Shown piece by piece: positions 18,883 to 29,789 of a stretch of DNA of 64,000 bases. How positions within the stretch are numbered: the stretch's first letter is position 1; each line of letters opens with the position of its first letter. The position numbers and the translations under genes are program-made. This DNA comes from Waddliaceae bacterium. Lineage in GTDB: Bacteria; Chlamydiota; Chlamydiia; Chlamydiales; SLFE01. The notes under the pieces are model-generated. The model was not told the DNA's origin, ran no database searches, and was given only the letters and a program-made list of their open reading frames with translations. The stretch is from contig CAVYRW010000004.1 of the NCBI GenBank assembly GCA_963771045.1, positions 1,728,001-1,792,000 on the forward strand, in the 5' to 3' direction.

Positions 18883-20016
18883 TCAGACATTCAATGGCTT
18901 AAGGTGGTAGATCTGCCGGCAGAGGCGGCACCACCTTTTCCAGTCATGCCGAATGCTTTTCTTGAGTTGTTTGAGTTCGAGGCGGAGTTCTTTCACCTTC
19001 AATTTTTCTGCGCTGCTTTTCTTAAGCTTCATGTATTGCGTCTTCAACTCGTTGAATTCGGCTATCTTTTCGACAACTCGATTTGAGAGATCCAAAATGG
19101 CATCTTCGAGCTCCTCTTTTTTCACATACCAAAGCGATTTCACCTTATCTAGCAGATCGCTTTTTCCCTCCAGAACCATCTTCTTCTGAACGATATAGGG
19201 GTCGACCTTTCTCAATTTATGGGCGAGGCCGAGCTTGCTGAGCAGCCAAATGAGCCACTTGGTGGGATCGTACTGATACCACCTTATGCCATTGCGATAA
19301 TCGTTTGCATAAGTGTGATGGTAGTTGTGATAGCCTTCTCCAAATGTAAGCAGGGATATGACATAGTTATTGACAGCAGACTGCTCTTTGCAAAAAGGCT
19401 TATCGCCCCAAGTATGAGCTAAAGAATTGATAAACCAGGTACAATGGTGAAGAGCGAATACCCTCGCCCACACGGCAAGAAAAAAGGCCCCGAGGTAATC
19501 GTTCATCAGCCATCCTACGAGGAAAAAGACCAAAACATTCGCTCCGATCATGCAAGACGCATCATTTTTATGCTGAAACATTACCAAGGGATTACTCATA
19601 AGATCGGGAACAACTTTTCTCTCGATGGGGCGTGGTTTGTCCAAAAGCCACAGAAAGTGGGCATACCAAAAACCTTTTTTGATCGAATAGGGATCGTCGT
19701 CGGTGTCGACATGGGCATGGTGGAGGCGATGATCATAAGACCACCTCAAAACGCTCCCTTGCAATGTAATCGAGCCAAAAAATAAGATAATCGATTCTAT
19801 AAAACGGTTTGTTTTATACGACCGGTGGGAAAAATAACGATGATAACCTGCCGTAATGGCCAGCCCCCCGGCAAAATAGAGAGCCACTGATATAAAGAAC
19901 ATCCCCCATGTCGGCGACCCGAAAATCAGATAAAAGGGAAGCGTCAGAATAACAAATAATTGATAAACAACTAGAAATAAACTAACTCCTTTGTTTTCAC
20001 TAAATATCTTCTTCAT
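18883..20016 (-). CDS. Delta-9 acyl-CoA/acyl-lipid desaturase with C-terminal coiled coil
   Basis: His boxes GYHRYFSH, HRLHHAH, GEGYHNYHH; INSLAH. Confidence 0.93.
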   Translation of the reverse strand: MKKIFSENKGVSLFLVVYQLFVILTLPFYLIFGSPTWGMFFISVALYFAGGLAITAGYHRYFSHRSYKTNRFIESIILFFGSITLQGSVLRWSYDHRLHHAHVDTDDDPYSIKKGFWYAHFLWLLDKPRPIERKVVPDLMSNPLVMFQHKNDASCMIGANVLVFFLVGWLMNDYLGAFFLAVWARVFALHHCTWFINSLAHTWGDKPFCKEQSAVNNYVISLLTFGEGYHNYHHTYANDYRNGIRWYQYDPTKWLIWLLSKLGLAHKLRKVDPYIVQKKMVLEGKSDLLDKVKSLWYVKKEELEDAILDLSNRVVEKIAEFNELKTQYMKLKKSSAEKLKVKELRLELKQLKKSIRHDWKRWCRLCRQIYHLKPLNV

Positions 20017-20080
20017 AGAGTGATAAACCTCTTGTTATAAGATAAGCCTTCCGTCAGCATACAAGAAAAAAATATATTTT

Positions 20081-21103
20081 TCAATGATTTTCGCGTGTAT
20101 ACCGGTAAATCATACCCGGCAAACGGGGAAAGGCCCTGCAAATTTCCATAAAGAAAGCGCTTTTAACGGGACTCATAGCCGCCTGGTGGAGCCTCATGCC
20201 CCAGCCAATCCGAGATAAATAACGGTGCCGCCAGGCGTTTTGATAGCCTTTTGAGTCACCTTTTGCGGCATAGTCGGCCGCCATAACGCCTGATGTCACA
20301 GCCATTCCCACCCCTTCGCCGGTGATGGGGGGGATCGTGGCGGCAGCATCCCCGACCAGATAGGTATTCGGCCACCCGGGATGCTGCTTCACTCCAAAGT
20401 CAGGAGCTTCAACCCGCACCCATCCGGGCTTCTGAATTTCCCCTGGGGAAAGACAGGAAAGCAGCGACTCCGGAAGCGTCCTGCGGCTTTTTGAGAGCAT
20501 AGCAACATTGACAGTATTCGGCCCTATAGGAGAAACTCCGCAATATCCTCCTTTAAAGAGATGCATTTCAAGGGTCTCTTTTAGATCGATGTTTTGAAAA
20601 TGAGCCTTCATCCCAAAGTAGGGGCAAAACGGTTTCGTTTTGGAAAAAATACGGCCGGCAGCCACAATCAGCTGATTGGCTTCAAGTACTTTTCCATCGG
20701 ATAAACTCAAACGAAACGGCCCCCCTTCCGTTTGAGGGGGCTCAATGCCGGCAACTTTTGTGCCGGTCAAAACAGCGCCGCCGCCCTCTTGCAAACGACT
20801 GAGCAGCTTCATCTCCAAAAGCGATCGGGACATTCCCCCGCCGCCAGGCTGCAGAGAGAATTCCAAAGATTTATTCCCGAAAAATTGACACCGTTTGATG
20901 ACTTTCTCGGGAATCACGCCCCATTTAGCGAGGTGCGGCAGACATTCCGGAGACAGAAACTCTCCGCAAACCCGAAAGGCCGGATAAGAGCTTCCTTCGA
21001 TCACTATAACTTGCAGCCCGAGATCCACAAGCCGATTGGCCGCAACAAGTCCGGCAACGCTGCCGCCAACGACAATCACGCAGTTTCTATCTTGAGAATC
21101 CAT
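20081..21103 (-). CDS. FAD-dependent oxidoreductase (geranylgeranyl reductase/flavin monooxygenase-like)
   Basis: VVGGSVAG, VCGEFLS, GGYCG, VGDAAATIPPITGEGVGMA. Confidence 0.85.
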   Translation of the reverse strand: MDSQDRNCVIVVGGSVAGLVAANRLVDLGLQVIVIEGSSYPAFRVCGEFLSPECLPHLAKWGVIPEKVIKRCQFFGNKSLEFSLQPGGGGMSRSLLEMKLLSRLQEGGGAVLTGTKVAGIEPPQTEGGPFRLSLSDGKVLEANQLIVAAGRIFSKTKPFCPYFGMKAHFQNIDLKETLEMHLFKGGYCGVSPIGPNTVNVAMLSKSRRTLPESLLSCLSPGEIQKPGWVRVEAPDFGVKQHPGWPNTYLVGDAAATIPPITGEGVGMAVTSGVMAADYAAKGDSKGYQNAWRHRYLSRIGWGMRLHQAAMSPVKSAFFMEICRAFPRLPGMIYRYTRENH

Positions 21104-21747
21104 CGAAAGGGAAAATACCTTTTAAGGGTCCATTTGTTTTCAGGCACTCCGGTTTGAGTCATCAAACTCATCCAGTCTTCTCTTTTAAAACTCCGCCGAA
21201 TTGAGAGCAAGCCGTCATGTGTGATTAATCGATTTCGAAAAAGGAGCGGAGCAAAAACCGCATAAAGGCAATAGGCAAAGCGGTGCCTTTGTAGATCGTT
21301 GATCACAACAAGTTTTCCGGCGCTTTTTACAGCTTGCAGCAAAAAAGAAACAAGCTCCTCGTCATTCATATGGTGGGCGACAAGAGTCGCTATCACAACA
21401 TCGGCCTTTAAATCGGAAATATCAGGAGAAATCCTATGAATGAATCGTAGGTTGCTCTTTTTATGAATTCTCTCGGCATGCTCTACAGCCTCCCGCGAAA
21501 GGTCTATTCCCATAATGTCGGCATCGGGATATCGGCAGGCAAGCTTACGGGTAAAGTAGCCGCCGCCGCAACCGACATCGAGGATTGACTTGGGAGAAAG
21601 GTCTCCAAGGGCCTTCCAAGAAGCCCTGTCGCCTCCTAAAAAAATGCCCACGCCATTTAATTTTTTCAGGCAGTCGCCATACTCTTCAAGAGAGTAAAAC
21701 TCCGGCCCCAGATCCAATATCTCTTTCTCGTATGACCGCTTCCTCAT
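21076..21747 (-). CDS. SAM-dependent methyltransferase (type III PKS-associated)
   Basis: RSYEKEILD, LDVGCGGG, HH..DEE, INDLQR, HDGLLSIRRSF; ATGA overlap with the PKS stop supports the start at 21747. Confidence 0.88.
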   Translation of the reverse strand: MRKRSYEKEILDLGPEFYSLEEYGDCLKKLNGVGIFLGGDRASWKALGDLSPKSILDVGCGGGYFTRKLACRYPDADIMGIDLSREAVEHAERIHKKSNLRFIHRISPDISDLKADVVIATLVAHHMNDEELVSFLLQAVKSAGKLVVINDLQRHRFAYCLYAVFAPLLFRNRLITHDGLLSIRRSFKREDWMSLMTQTGVPENKWTLKRYFPFRWILKIETA

Positions 21748-22836
21748 AATCTTTTGAGAAGAATCCCTTCCACCGAAAGACCCGGGCCGAAGCCGAATCC
21801 CGCCGTCCATTTTTCACGGCACCCTAGGCGATCGAGTTGATCGAGGACAAAAAGGAATGTCGGACTCGACATGTTTCCATATCGCGACAGAACTTCCCAT
21901 GACGCTGCCGTCTGTTCTTTTTTTAATCCGCAAGCCATTTCAATGCCGTGAAGTATCGCCTTGCCCCCCGGATGCAGAGCCCAGTCGCACCTATCAAATG
22001 GAATGCCGGGTCCAAGAAGCGACTCGGCAAAAACTTTTATGCCGCTTCTGATTCTTTCGGGAACGCCTCTTGTCATATGCATGACAAGCGCATGCTCGCC
22101 CGGCTCCCACGTCATGTCATCGTGGGAGTGCTCCAAAACCCGAGAACTTTTTGCTTCAATCTTCCAAAGCGCCGGTTCATCCTTTGACGGGGCCGCTCCC
22201 ACGACAGCTGCGGCCGCTCCATCGGAAAAAAGAGCGTTGGCCAAAAGCGTGTCCTTATAGGGCGACTTTTGAAAATGAAGAGAACACAGTTCAACGCAAA
22301 CGACCAGAATTCTATTTTTCGGATTTTCAGCAGCAAGAGCGCGGGCGGTCCCAAGTCCTTTAAACGCCCCAAAGCATCCCATAAAATTGATCCCCAACCG
22401 ATCGACATCGGATTCAAGCCCAAGCGACTCCATTAATTTAACCTCGATACCGGGCGCCATAATCCCTGTGCAGCTGATGGCGATAATATGGGTGATTCTC
22501 TCTTTGCCGCCTCCCCAGTTGATTAAGGCTTTCTCACAGGCATCGCGGGCAAGGGGGGGAGCGTGCTTTTTAAAGGCGTTGTTTCTTTCGGTAAAAGTCG
22601 GCTGCCTCTTTGGAAAATCCTCTCCCCAAAACGTCCAATTCTCTCTCGTAGTTAAGAAATCCGGAAGAACCGAATACCGCCTGTGTATAGCAGAATGGCA
22701 GCTGACTTTTTTATACCAAACCGCCTCCTCTTCATTCATCTGCATAGCCCGGACCATAACATCGGCGATAGCATCCTGAGGAAGGTGATTTGCAGGAACC
22801 GCTGTGCCTAAAGAGAGGATTGCCGCATCATTCCAT
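21744..22836 (-). CDS. Type III polyketide synthase (chalcone/alkylresorcinol synthase family); start uncertain
   Basis: Triad FMGCFG, ALHPGG, YGNMSS; GFGPGL; frame extends upstream as AILSLGTAVP; ATG at 22836 is one base out of frame. Confidence 0.93.
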
Positions 22837-22910
22837 ATAAGAAATATCCTCGATTATTTTTTCATTTCAAAAACTTGCCGTTTTCATCGAAATACTATAA
22901 AAAAGTGTCT

Positions 22911-23769
22911 TATGAAGCTGTCTAGAAAAGAAATTCCCCTTTTCCTGTTTGCCTATAGAGAAATTTGCCACGGTATCCTTAAAAAAGCAATGCAAGACAT
23001 TGACCGCAAAGTCAGCAACCTAAAAGACAGCCATTTATTGAACTATGAACCTGTTTGGATCAAACCGGATTTTTCCTCCCAAATCGAAAAACGGATGAAA
23101 GAAATCAGAAAACGATATGCCTCGCCGCAAAGAAAATACGTCGTTTTAATCTATGATGTTTCTCAGATATTGAGTCTGGAACAAAGCAGGCAGCTTGCCT
23201 GTATTAAAAAAGCAGCAGAGCAAACCGCCCTTCTTCTCGAAACATTTCAGAAGCCCTTCCAGGCAATTCATTGGAAAGCCATCGCACAAGAATGGAAACA
23301 AAAAGCCGATGCCCGCCGCGACAAAATTCTCGAACAACTCGACATCCATAAAATCTCCAAGGGGATCCCCCTTTCAACAGACGACCGCAAATTCTTATCG
23401 ATAAGAGATGGAGAAAATCCCGACTATGACGATTTGGATCCTGCGGGATATGTCTTTTTAAAACTTAGGGACCCCAATATGTACTTCTACTGCAAATATA
23501 AAAGATTGAACCTCGACCTTTACTTTGGAAACCGTCTAAAAACGCTTCTAAACTGGAATTACCGTTGTGTCAAAACTCCCGAGAGGGGCGATATTGTCGT
23601 CTATATTTCAAGAAATGGCAATTTTCGCCACTTTGGAATCTATATGCGAGAGGGAATCGTCCGGTCGAAGCTCGGCCGTTTTTCTTATTCAGGCATTTAT
23701 CAGCATCATATTTTCTCTGTTCCCCTTAATTATGGATTAAAGATTCTATTTTTAAGAAAATCATCTTAA
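22911..23769 (+). CDS. Hypothetical protein with C-terminal papain/NlpC-like region
   Basis: PERGDIVVY..HFGIY..VRSKLG..H....VP.NYG; no obvious catalytic Cys. Confidence 0.55.
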
Positions 23770-23817
23770 TTTTTTAAATTGGTTATGTTATTATATTATT
23801 AGGGGTAATAGGTTATT

Positions 23818-25140
23818 ATGTCTGCAAAAGAAAAAAAGCCGGAAGATTTTTTTGGCAACCATAAAGCCAAAAAAATGGAGGGTTTGCAGGATCCAAAAAT
23901 ACTGAGCGAAGTGGAAAACGTTCTGGCTCATTTAGCCCCCCAGGACCTCGAAAATTTTGCCTTTGTCAGCAGTCATTTCAAACAAATAGTCGAAAAAATC
24001 CAATCCGACAAAACAAGCGAGTGCCTCTTTCTGCTCAAAGAAATTGCAGGCTTATCCGGAAAAGGGGTCCTATCAAAAGTTTATGAAATGAGTACGTCCA
24101 TTCTTCTCGGCTTGAAAAATGAGAAAAGAGAAAAGCTCACTGTTTGCGGACCTAATATCAGCTCTTTGGATTTATCGCGTGACAGGGAAGCTGTCGACAA
24201 TCCAAATTCCATACTCAAAATCCTCCCTTCCCACTGTCCAAATGTCGATACATTGATTTTAAACTCCTGCAGTATCAACACTGAAGGAATACACGCTCTT
24301 TCCCAATTATTCGGCTTGAAATCCCTCTCTTTGAGCTTTTGCGATCACTTAACGGATGAACAGATAGAGGAAATTGCCAAACTGACTCGCCTAAGAGAGT
24401 TGAAATTGAACTGGAATCTTAACTTGCCTCTCGAACCCTTGCCTGCGCTGCGCCGATTGACAGAATTGGATTTTTTAGACCTATCCCACACAAACATTAC
24501 CGATAAAGAGCTAAAATACATTGGCAATTTACAAAATTTGACGAAGCTCAATTTAGATAATTGCGGAAACATTACCGATAAGGGAATTGTCCATTTAAGG
24601 CCGCTTGCAAAGCTCCACACCATCAATCTTTCCTCTTGCAATATTTCCGACGAAGGACTTAAGGATGTGATCGAATTCTTTCCTGAACTGATCTCCGTCA
24701 CTTTAAGAAACAACCATTTCACCGACTCGGCGGTGTCGGAACTGTCGAAGTTAAAAGAATTGACACACTTGAATTTAAGCTGGTCGCAAGACATTGGGGG
24801 AAGTTTTCTTGGCAGCCTGGCATCTCTTCCTAAATTGAGAATTTTAAATTTATCGCGATCAAGCCACCTGCAAACATCGAAAATCCAATGGAAAAAATTC
24901 AAAAATCTTATGTATATCAATTTATCCTATACCAAAGTAGATGATGAAACTCTACGGGAAATGTCATTTATGCCCATGATCGTCGGCGCCTCTTTTGCCA
25001 ATACAGCAAATATAACGTTGGAGGGGATCAAGTATCTTGCCCCTCTCGACACAGTCAGTTATTTGGATTTTTCCAATTGCGGCTTCGACTACGCCGAAGT
25101 GGAAGCCCTTTTTCCTTCCTCGGTCCAGATCAGGACCTGA
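23818..25140 (+). CDS. F-box-like/leucine-rich repeat protein (putative effector)
   Basis: VENVLAHLAPQDLENFAFVSSHFKQIV F-box-like; multiple L..L..L.LS.C.(N)ITD repeats. Confidence 0.85.
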   Translation: MSAKEKKPEDFFGNHKAKKMEGLQDPKILSEVENVLAHLAPQDLENFAFVSSHFKQIVEKIQSDKTSECLFLLKEIAGLSGKGVLSKVYEMSTSILLGLKNEKREKLTVCGPNISSLDLSRDREAVDNPNSILKILPSHCPNVDTLILNSCSINTEGIHALSQLFGLKSLSLSFCDHLTDEQIEEIAKLTRLRELKLNWNLNLPLEPLPALRRLTELDFLDLSHTNITDKELKYIGNLQNLTKLNLDNCGNITDKGIVHLRPLAKLHTINLSSCNISDEGLKDVIEFFPELISVTLRNNHFTDSAVSELSKLKELTHLNLSWSQDIGGSFLGSLASLPKLRILNLSRSSHLQTSKIQWKKFKNLMYINLSYTKVDDETLREMSFMPMIVGASFANTANITLEGIKYLAPLDTVSYLDFSNCGFDYAEVEALFPSSVQIRT

Positions 25141-25190
25141 TAAAAATTACCAGATCCTGTTATAATAAGAACTCTTAAAAGGAGAGGAAA

Positions 25191-26075
25191 ATGATTGGCA
25201 GAAATGACCTTTGCTGGTGCGGTAGCGGAAAAAAGTGGAAAAAATGCCACTATCCCGATGCAGGCAATGTCTCTTATAAGATTAATTTAAGGGATATTTA
25301 CAAAAAAAAATACGGCATCCTCCTGAAAACGGATAAACAAATCGAAGGCATTCGCGCCTCGTGCCGCCTCGCCTCGAAAATACTAGACGCGGCATGCGCT
25401 AAAGCCAAAGAAGGCGTCACGACAATTGAACTCAACGACTTTGCCCATAAAATGCACCTTAATCACGGAGCCGTCCCCGCTCCTCTTCATTATGGCGACC
25501 CCCCTTTTCCAAAAAGCATCTGCACATCGCTCAATGATGTCATTTGCCACGGCATTCCGGACGATACCCCGTTAAAAGAAGGAGATATCCTGAACATCGA
25601 TGTGACCTGTATTCTGAACGGCTTTTTCGGAGATTGCAGCCGGATGGTCATTATCGGCGATACAAGCGAGGAAAAACGGCATGTCATCGATGTCTCTCAT
25701 GAATGTTTGATGAGCGCTATCGGCATATTAAAGCCCGGCATCCCCTTATTCGAAATCGGAGAAACGATCGAGTCATACGCCAATTCTCAAAAATGTTCCG
25801 TCGTCAATCAATTTATCGGCCACGGTGTTGGCATCCATTTTCACGAAAACCCTCAGGTCTTTCATCACAAAAACACTGTTAAAACTCCCCTGGTTCCCGG
25901 AATGACCTTCACTATTGAGCCGATGATCAATCTCGGAGCTCGCGAGGCCGTCATCGACGAAAAGGACCAATGGACCGCCAGAACCATCGACGGCAAGGCT
26001 AGCGCGCAATGGGAGCACACCATCCTCATTACCGACGAGGGGCATGAAGTTCTCACCACATGGGAACGGCCTTGA
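25191..26075 (+). CDS. map: Methionine aminopeptidase with N-terminal SEC-C motif
   Basis: GRNDLCWCGSGKKWKKCH; CHGIP, NIDVT, GHGVG..FHE, FTIEPMIN, AQWEHT. Confidence 0.96.
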   Translation: MIGRNDLCWCGSGKKWKKCHYPDAGNVSYKINLRDIYKKKYGILLKTDKQIEGIRASCRLASKILDAACAKAKEGVTTIELNDFAHKMHLNHGAVPAPLHYGDPPFPKSICTSLNDVICHGIPDDTPLKEGDILNIDVTCILNGFFGDCSRMVIIGDTSEEKRHVIDVSHECLMSAIGILKPGIPLFEIGETIESYANSQKCSVVNQFIGHGVGIHFHENPQVFHHKNTVKTPLVPGMTFTIEPMINLGAREAVIDEKDQWTARTIDGKASAQWEHTILITDEGHEVLTTWERP

Positions 26076-26161
26076 CATTATTTTTTTTAACAAACCACTC
26101 TTTATAAAAAATTAATATTAATTAGATATTATGTTTTTTAACATAACACAATTATATATTA

Positions 26162-27784
26162 ATGAAATCATCTAATATCAGTTTATTAAGCTTTGCTGAA
26201 AGGTTAACTCTGCTAGGCTATTATGGCCCTAAAGAGAAATCGGTCATCGTTTCAGAAACGGTCGGCCGAGTCGCTGGCTTCGTTCTCTTAACTCCAGCTG
26301 CCGCTATCGATCTTAGCTTCCATAGCCTCTCAATCCTGCCCGCTTTTCTTTATTGTCTCGGCAAGTCTGTTATCAAGTGGAAAGTCGATTTTTACCTGCC
26401 ATGGCAGCATTTACAAAGGGTCCGCAACGCAGTATCCCCCCTGCTTTTAGGCAGCATCAGCAGCGTTTTGCACCCCCTTGCCGGAATCGTCGTCTCTGAA
26501 CCCACAGATAAACATATCGCTTTGGGCATACTTTCATCAAATACTAAAAATAATTGTGAAACTCCCTGCAGCCCCATACATAACCTTTCAATTGTGGGCT
26601 CTCTAGCTCATAAATATCGCAAAAAAGAAATTTTCTCGGCAGAACATTTAAAGGCCATAAATTCCGCCGGCGACTATGAACGCTCCCTGGAATTCTTGCA
26701 GGCTCACACATTTGTCCAAAGAATTTCCAATGTTACTCTCAATGTGATGGCAAAGATTCAAATCAGCACCAACAACTCGAATTTAAATGGATTTAACAAA
26801 GCTTTGATCATCAGAGCTTCCGGCCTGCTCATACCCTTATTGGCCCCTGTTGACGCGGCGATTGCTTTAGCCGCTCAAACTTTTTTCGCAGCGACAGGAA
26901 TCATTCAGGCACTATCCGGAAGAGGTCCCATTTATACCGAAATCACCAAGAATCCTCTCTTGCACGCCTCATTATTACTACAAACCATCATCAGATCAGT
27001 GGGAACTCTCATCGCGGCTCCTGTTTGGATGGTATCGCCAATGGCGGGACTAAAAGTCATTGTTTTCTCATCAAATCTGGTTTTCAATATCCAAAACAAA
27101 TTGCAGTTATTGCGCATCAAAGTTCAAATGCATTTTGCCAAAAACGATTCTCGATTCGTCCTGCCGATAGTCACAGGAAGCGAGGATTCATCGGTGTTTT
27201 CAAGGCCCTTTGAAAGCATGCATACAACCTACCTCATCGTTGAAAAAAAGGAGAAAGCATTCAATCTTTATCTTGTCAACCGGCCTGATGTGTACTGTAA
27301 AAGACAATTAAACTCAAAAGACGCTTTTAAGCAAATACAAGATTTGATCGAGCAGCGATTTCAAGCCCCGAATATAGAGACTTTAGTAAAAAGCAAAAAA
27401 TATGAAGGGCTGTCGGTTTTTTCAAACCCTAAAAAGTATTTGACCATCAACAATCAGGGCAATTGTAACTGCGTGGTTTCCAATCTTTTTGGCATGCTGG
27501 AGACGCTCGACAAAATTCAAGGAATCGATCCTCGAGTGACAAGGTCGCGCAATCAAGCAGTTAGGGCGTTAATGCTTGAAAAATATAGCTTTTACCGAGA
27601 CGACTGCTCCCCTTTTGCCGATATGTCCGAAACTTTTTCTCTCAGATCCATCTGGGAAGATTTTAAGAATTATCCCGACGCTCTATTTAATTCCTTTCAA
27701 AAAGGGAGCCGACTAGGCTGTGCAGCTCGGAGACTTCCTCGCGATAGAGGATGTCGAGGCGGTCGAACTCCTGATTCAGCGTAA
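26162..27784 (+). CDS. Hypothetical membrane-associated protein, possible C-terminal cysteine-protease-like domain
   Basis: Two hydrophobic repeat-like blocks; HTTYLIV..LYLVNR..NNQGNCNCVVSN; true end may lie near 27690. Confidence 0.6.
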   Translation: MKSSNISLLSFAERLTLLGYYGPKEKSVIVSETVGRVAGFVLLTPAAAIDLSFHSLSILPAFLYCLGKSVIKWKVDFYLPWQHLQRVRNAVSPLLLGSISSVLHPLAGIVVSEPTDKHIALGILSSNTKNNCETPCSPIHNLSIVGSLAHKYRKKEIFSAEHLKAINSAGDYERSLEFLQAHTFVQRISNVTLNVMAKIQISTNNSNLNGFNKALIIRASGLLIPLLAPVDAAIALAAQTFFAATGIIQALSGRGPIYTEITKNPLLHASLLLQTIIRSVGTLIAAPVWMVSPMAGLKVIVFSSNLVFNIQNKLQLLRIKVQMHFAKNDSRFVLPIVTGSEDSSVFSRPFESMHTTYLIVEKKEKAFNLYLVNRPDVYCKRQLNSKDAFKQIQDLIEQRFQAPNIETLVKSKKYEGLSVFSNPKKYLTINNQGNCNCVVSNLFGMLETLDKIQGIDPRVTRSRNQAVRALMLEKYSFYRDDCSPFADMSETFSLRSIWEDFKNYPDALFNSFQKGSRLGCAARRLPRDRGCRGGRTPDSA

Positions 27785-28559
27785 TGAAATCTTTTTCCAG
27801 CTTCAAATAGCAGTCATCTTGGCCGAAGGTCATTTTTTCATCCAACTCTTTTTTGAGAGAGGCAAGATGTTCCTTTGTTGCGAAAAGTTCTTTACGAGTG
27901 TCGTCCAAAATCCTTCCTTTTTCGTGAAACTGCTGCCTGAGCTGGCGATAGAGCGATTCATAAGTGTCGGCAGAAGCTTCAACTTGCACTTGATATTTCT
28001 CAACCATCGGACGAGATGGAGATTTCGCTTTGAATCTTTGATATCTCATCCTTAATTTCCTGTTTTCAGCATTCCGTGTCTAGATATTTCGCCTAATCTT
28101 CTTTGCTCATTGTTCCAGTTCAAATCCGCAAGAAGTTTTTCCTTTTCAGAGGCCCATTGTTTTTGCAGGACGCTTAGCTTTTCGATGTGGACCAAGCGGC
28201 TTTTCGAATGCTCCCGATCTTTCTTAAGAAGAATTTCGATTTCTTCTACGGAAAGGGCTGTCACAACGAAAGAGAGGGCAGAGGCCATTGCCAGCCCTAA
28301 AAACCAAAAACGGTCGTGGGCGGCTACAGAAGAAAATGTAATCAAAAGCAATCCCGATAATAGGAGAAGAGACATGAAGAAGCCCTTTCATTTTCCATTG
28401 CCAGCTAAGGGCAACACCCAAAGTGGCAACGAAAAACAAAAAAAAGTGGGAAGGGGATAATTTGACAAGGTAGACAAAAAAAATCATCAATGTCAAAAAT
28501 GGTCCGAGGATTGACCAGAATTTTATTTTGCCAATCATTTGGTTGCCGCTCTTTTCCAT
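27687..28559 (-). CDS. Membrane/coiled-coil hypothetical protein, split into three frames
   Basis: Fragments 28224..28559, 28052..28375 and 27687..28049 join into TM segments then a coiled coil; AAGGAG RBS. Confidence 0.6.
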
Positions 28560-28603
28560 GATACTCCTTCCCCTGGGATTTTCTCATTATGAGACTTTTT
28601 TTT

Positions 28604-29789
28604 CTAGAAAATGATTTGTACAAGAGAAAAATCATCGATAAAAGGTCCCGGACCATTGATATTTCGGGCTTCTGAAACGATTTTTTCAAGAAGCTGACTT
28701 CTATCATCAAGATTTGACGAGACGAATTTGGAAAAAATCATCAATCGTCGTCCTGCTTCCGTCGGCCCTTTTAATCTCATAGACTCCGTCGCTATAAATA
28801 ACCAGGCTGCTGCCCTTCTTTACTTCGATGGACTTCTCCTCGAAAACGGCATCGGAAACGCCCCCGATAAGAAACCCCTCGGTATTTAGCTGATGGATGT
28901 GATTTTCGGGATCGATGAGAAGGCCCGGCGGGTGCCCTCCGCTTGCATAAATGAGTTGATTATTCCCTTTGTTGTAGACGCCGTACCAGATGGTGAAAAA
29001 CATCTGATTGTTCTTTTCCATCGGAAAGGCGGCGTTCAGGGAGTTCAGGACGCTTTTAGGCGAAAAATAATCGGTTCCTGCCAAAGCGCCTGTTCTCAAA
29101 ACATTGATCACCGATATCGACAGCAATGCGGCTCCCACCCCATGTCCGCAGACATCGAGCAAATATATGGCAAAGTGATCATCGTCGATCCAATGATACC
29201 CGAAAGCATCGCCCCCAAGATCCTGGGAAGGGATAAATTCCCAGCTGGTCGAAATACGCCCCTCCTCGGGATCCGGGAGCAAAGACCTGACATAATCTGC
29301 TGCTTCGTCTAGCTCTGCCTGAAGGGCTGCCTGGCTTTTTGCCAATTTTTCAAAGGCCTCATTCCGCTCCAAAAGCCGTATATAACCTTTGGAGTGATAG
29401 CGGATGCGGGCAATCATTTCCACTTTATCGGGCAGTTTAACCAGGTAATCGCTTGCGCCGAAGGTGAACGCCTCGGCCTTGACACTCGGCTCTTCTTTTG
29501 CGGAAAGGACGATCAGTGGAACTTCCTTCGTTTTCGGGTTGGCGCGGAAATACCTTGAGAGCATCAGACCGTCCAGTTCGGGCATAATCAGATCCTGGAG
29601 TATCACTGTCGGAGAAAACTCATTGGCGGTTTCAATAGCTTTTGTCGGATCTGAACAATAGGCAAACTCAATATCCTTTTCATCTTTGAGCATTAATTTG
29701 ACCGATTCGGCAATGATAGGCTGATCATCGATCAAAAGAACTTTGATGGGATAAACTTTCCTCACTTTGTAGGGATTGACAATCGTCAT
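28604..29789 (-). CDS. Response regulator: REC + coiled coil + PP2C/SpoIIE phosphatase (frameshift near 28730)
   Basis: LLIDDQ, ILQDLIMP, YLVK; LGGDAFG, DVCGHG, ASGGHPP, YSDGVYE; shifted tail ..GPFIDDFSLVQIIF* completes the PP2C domain. Confidence 0.9.
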
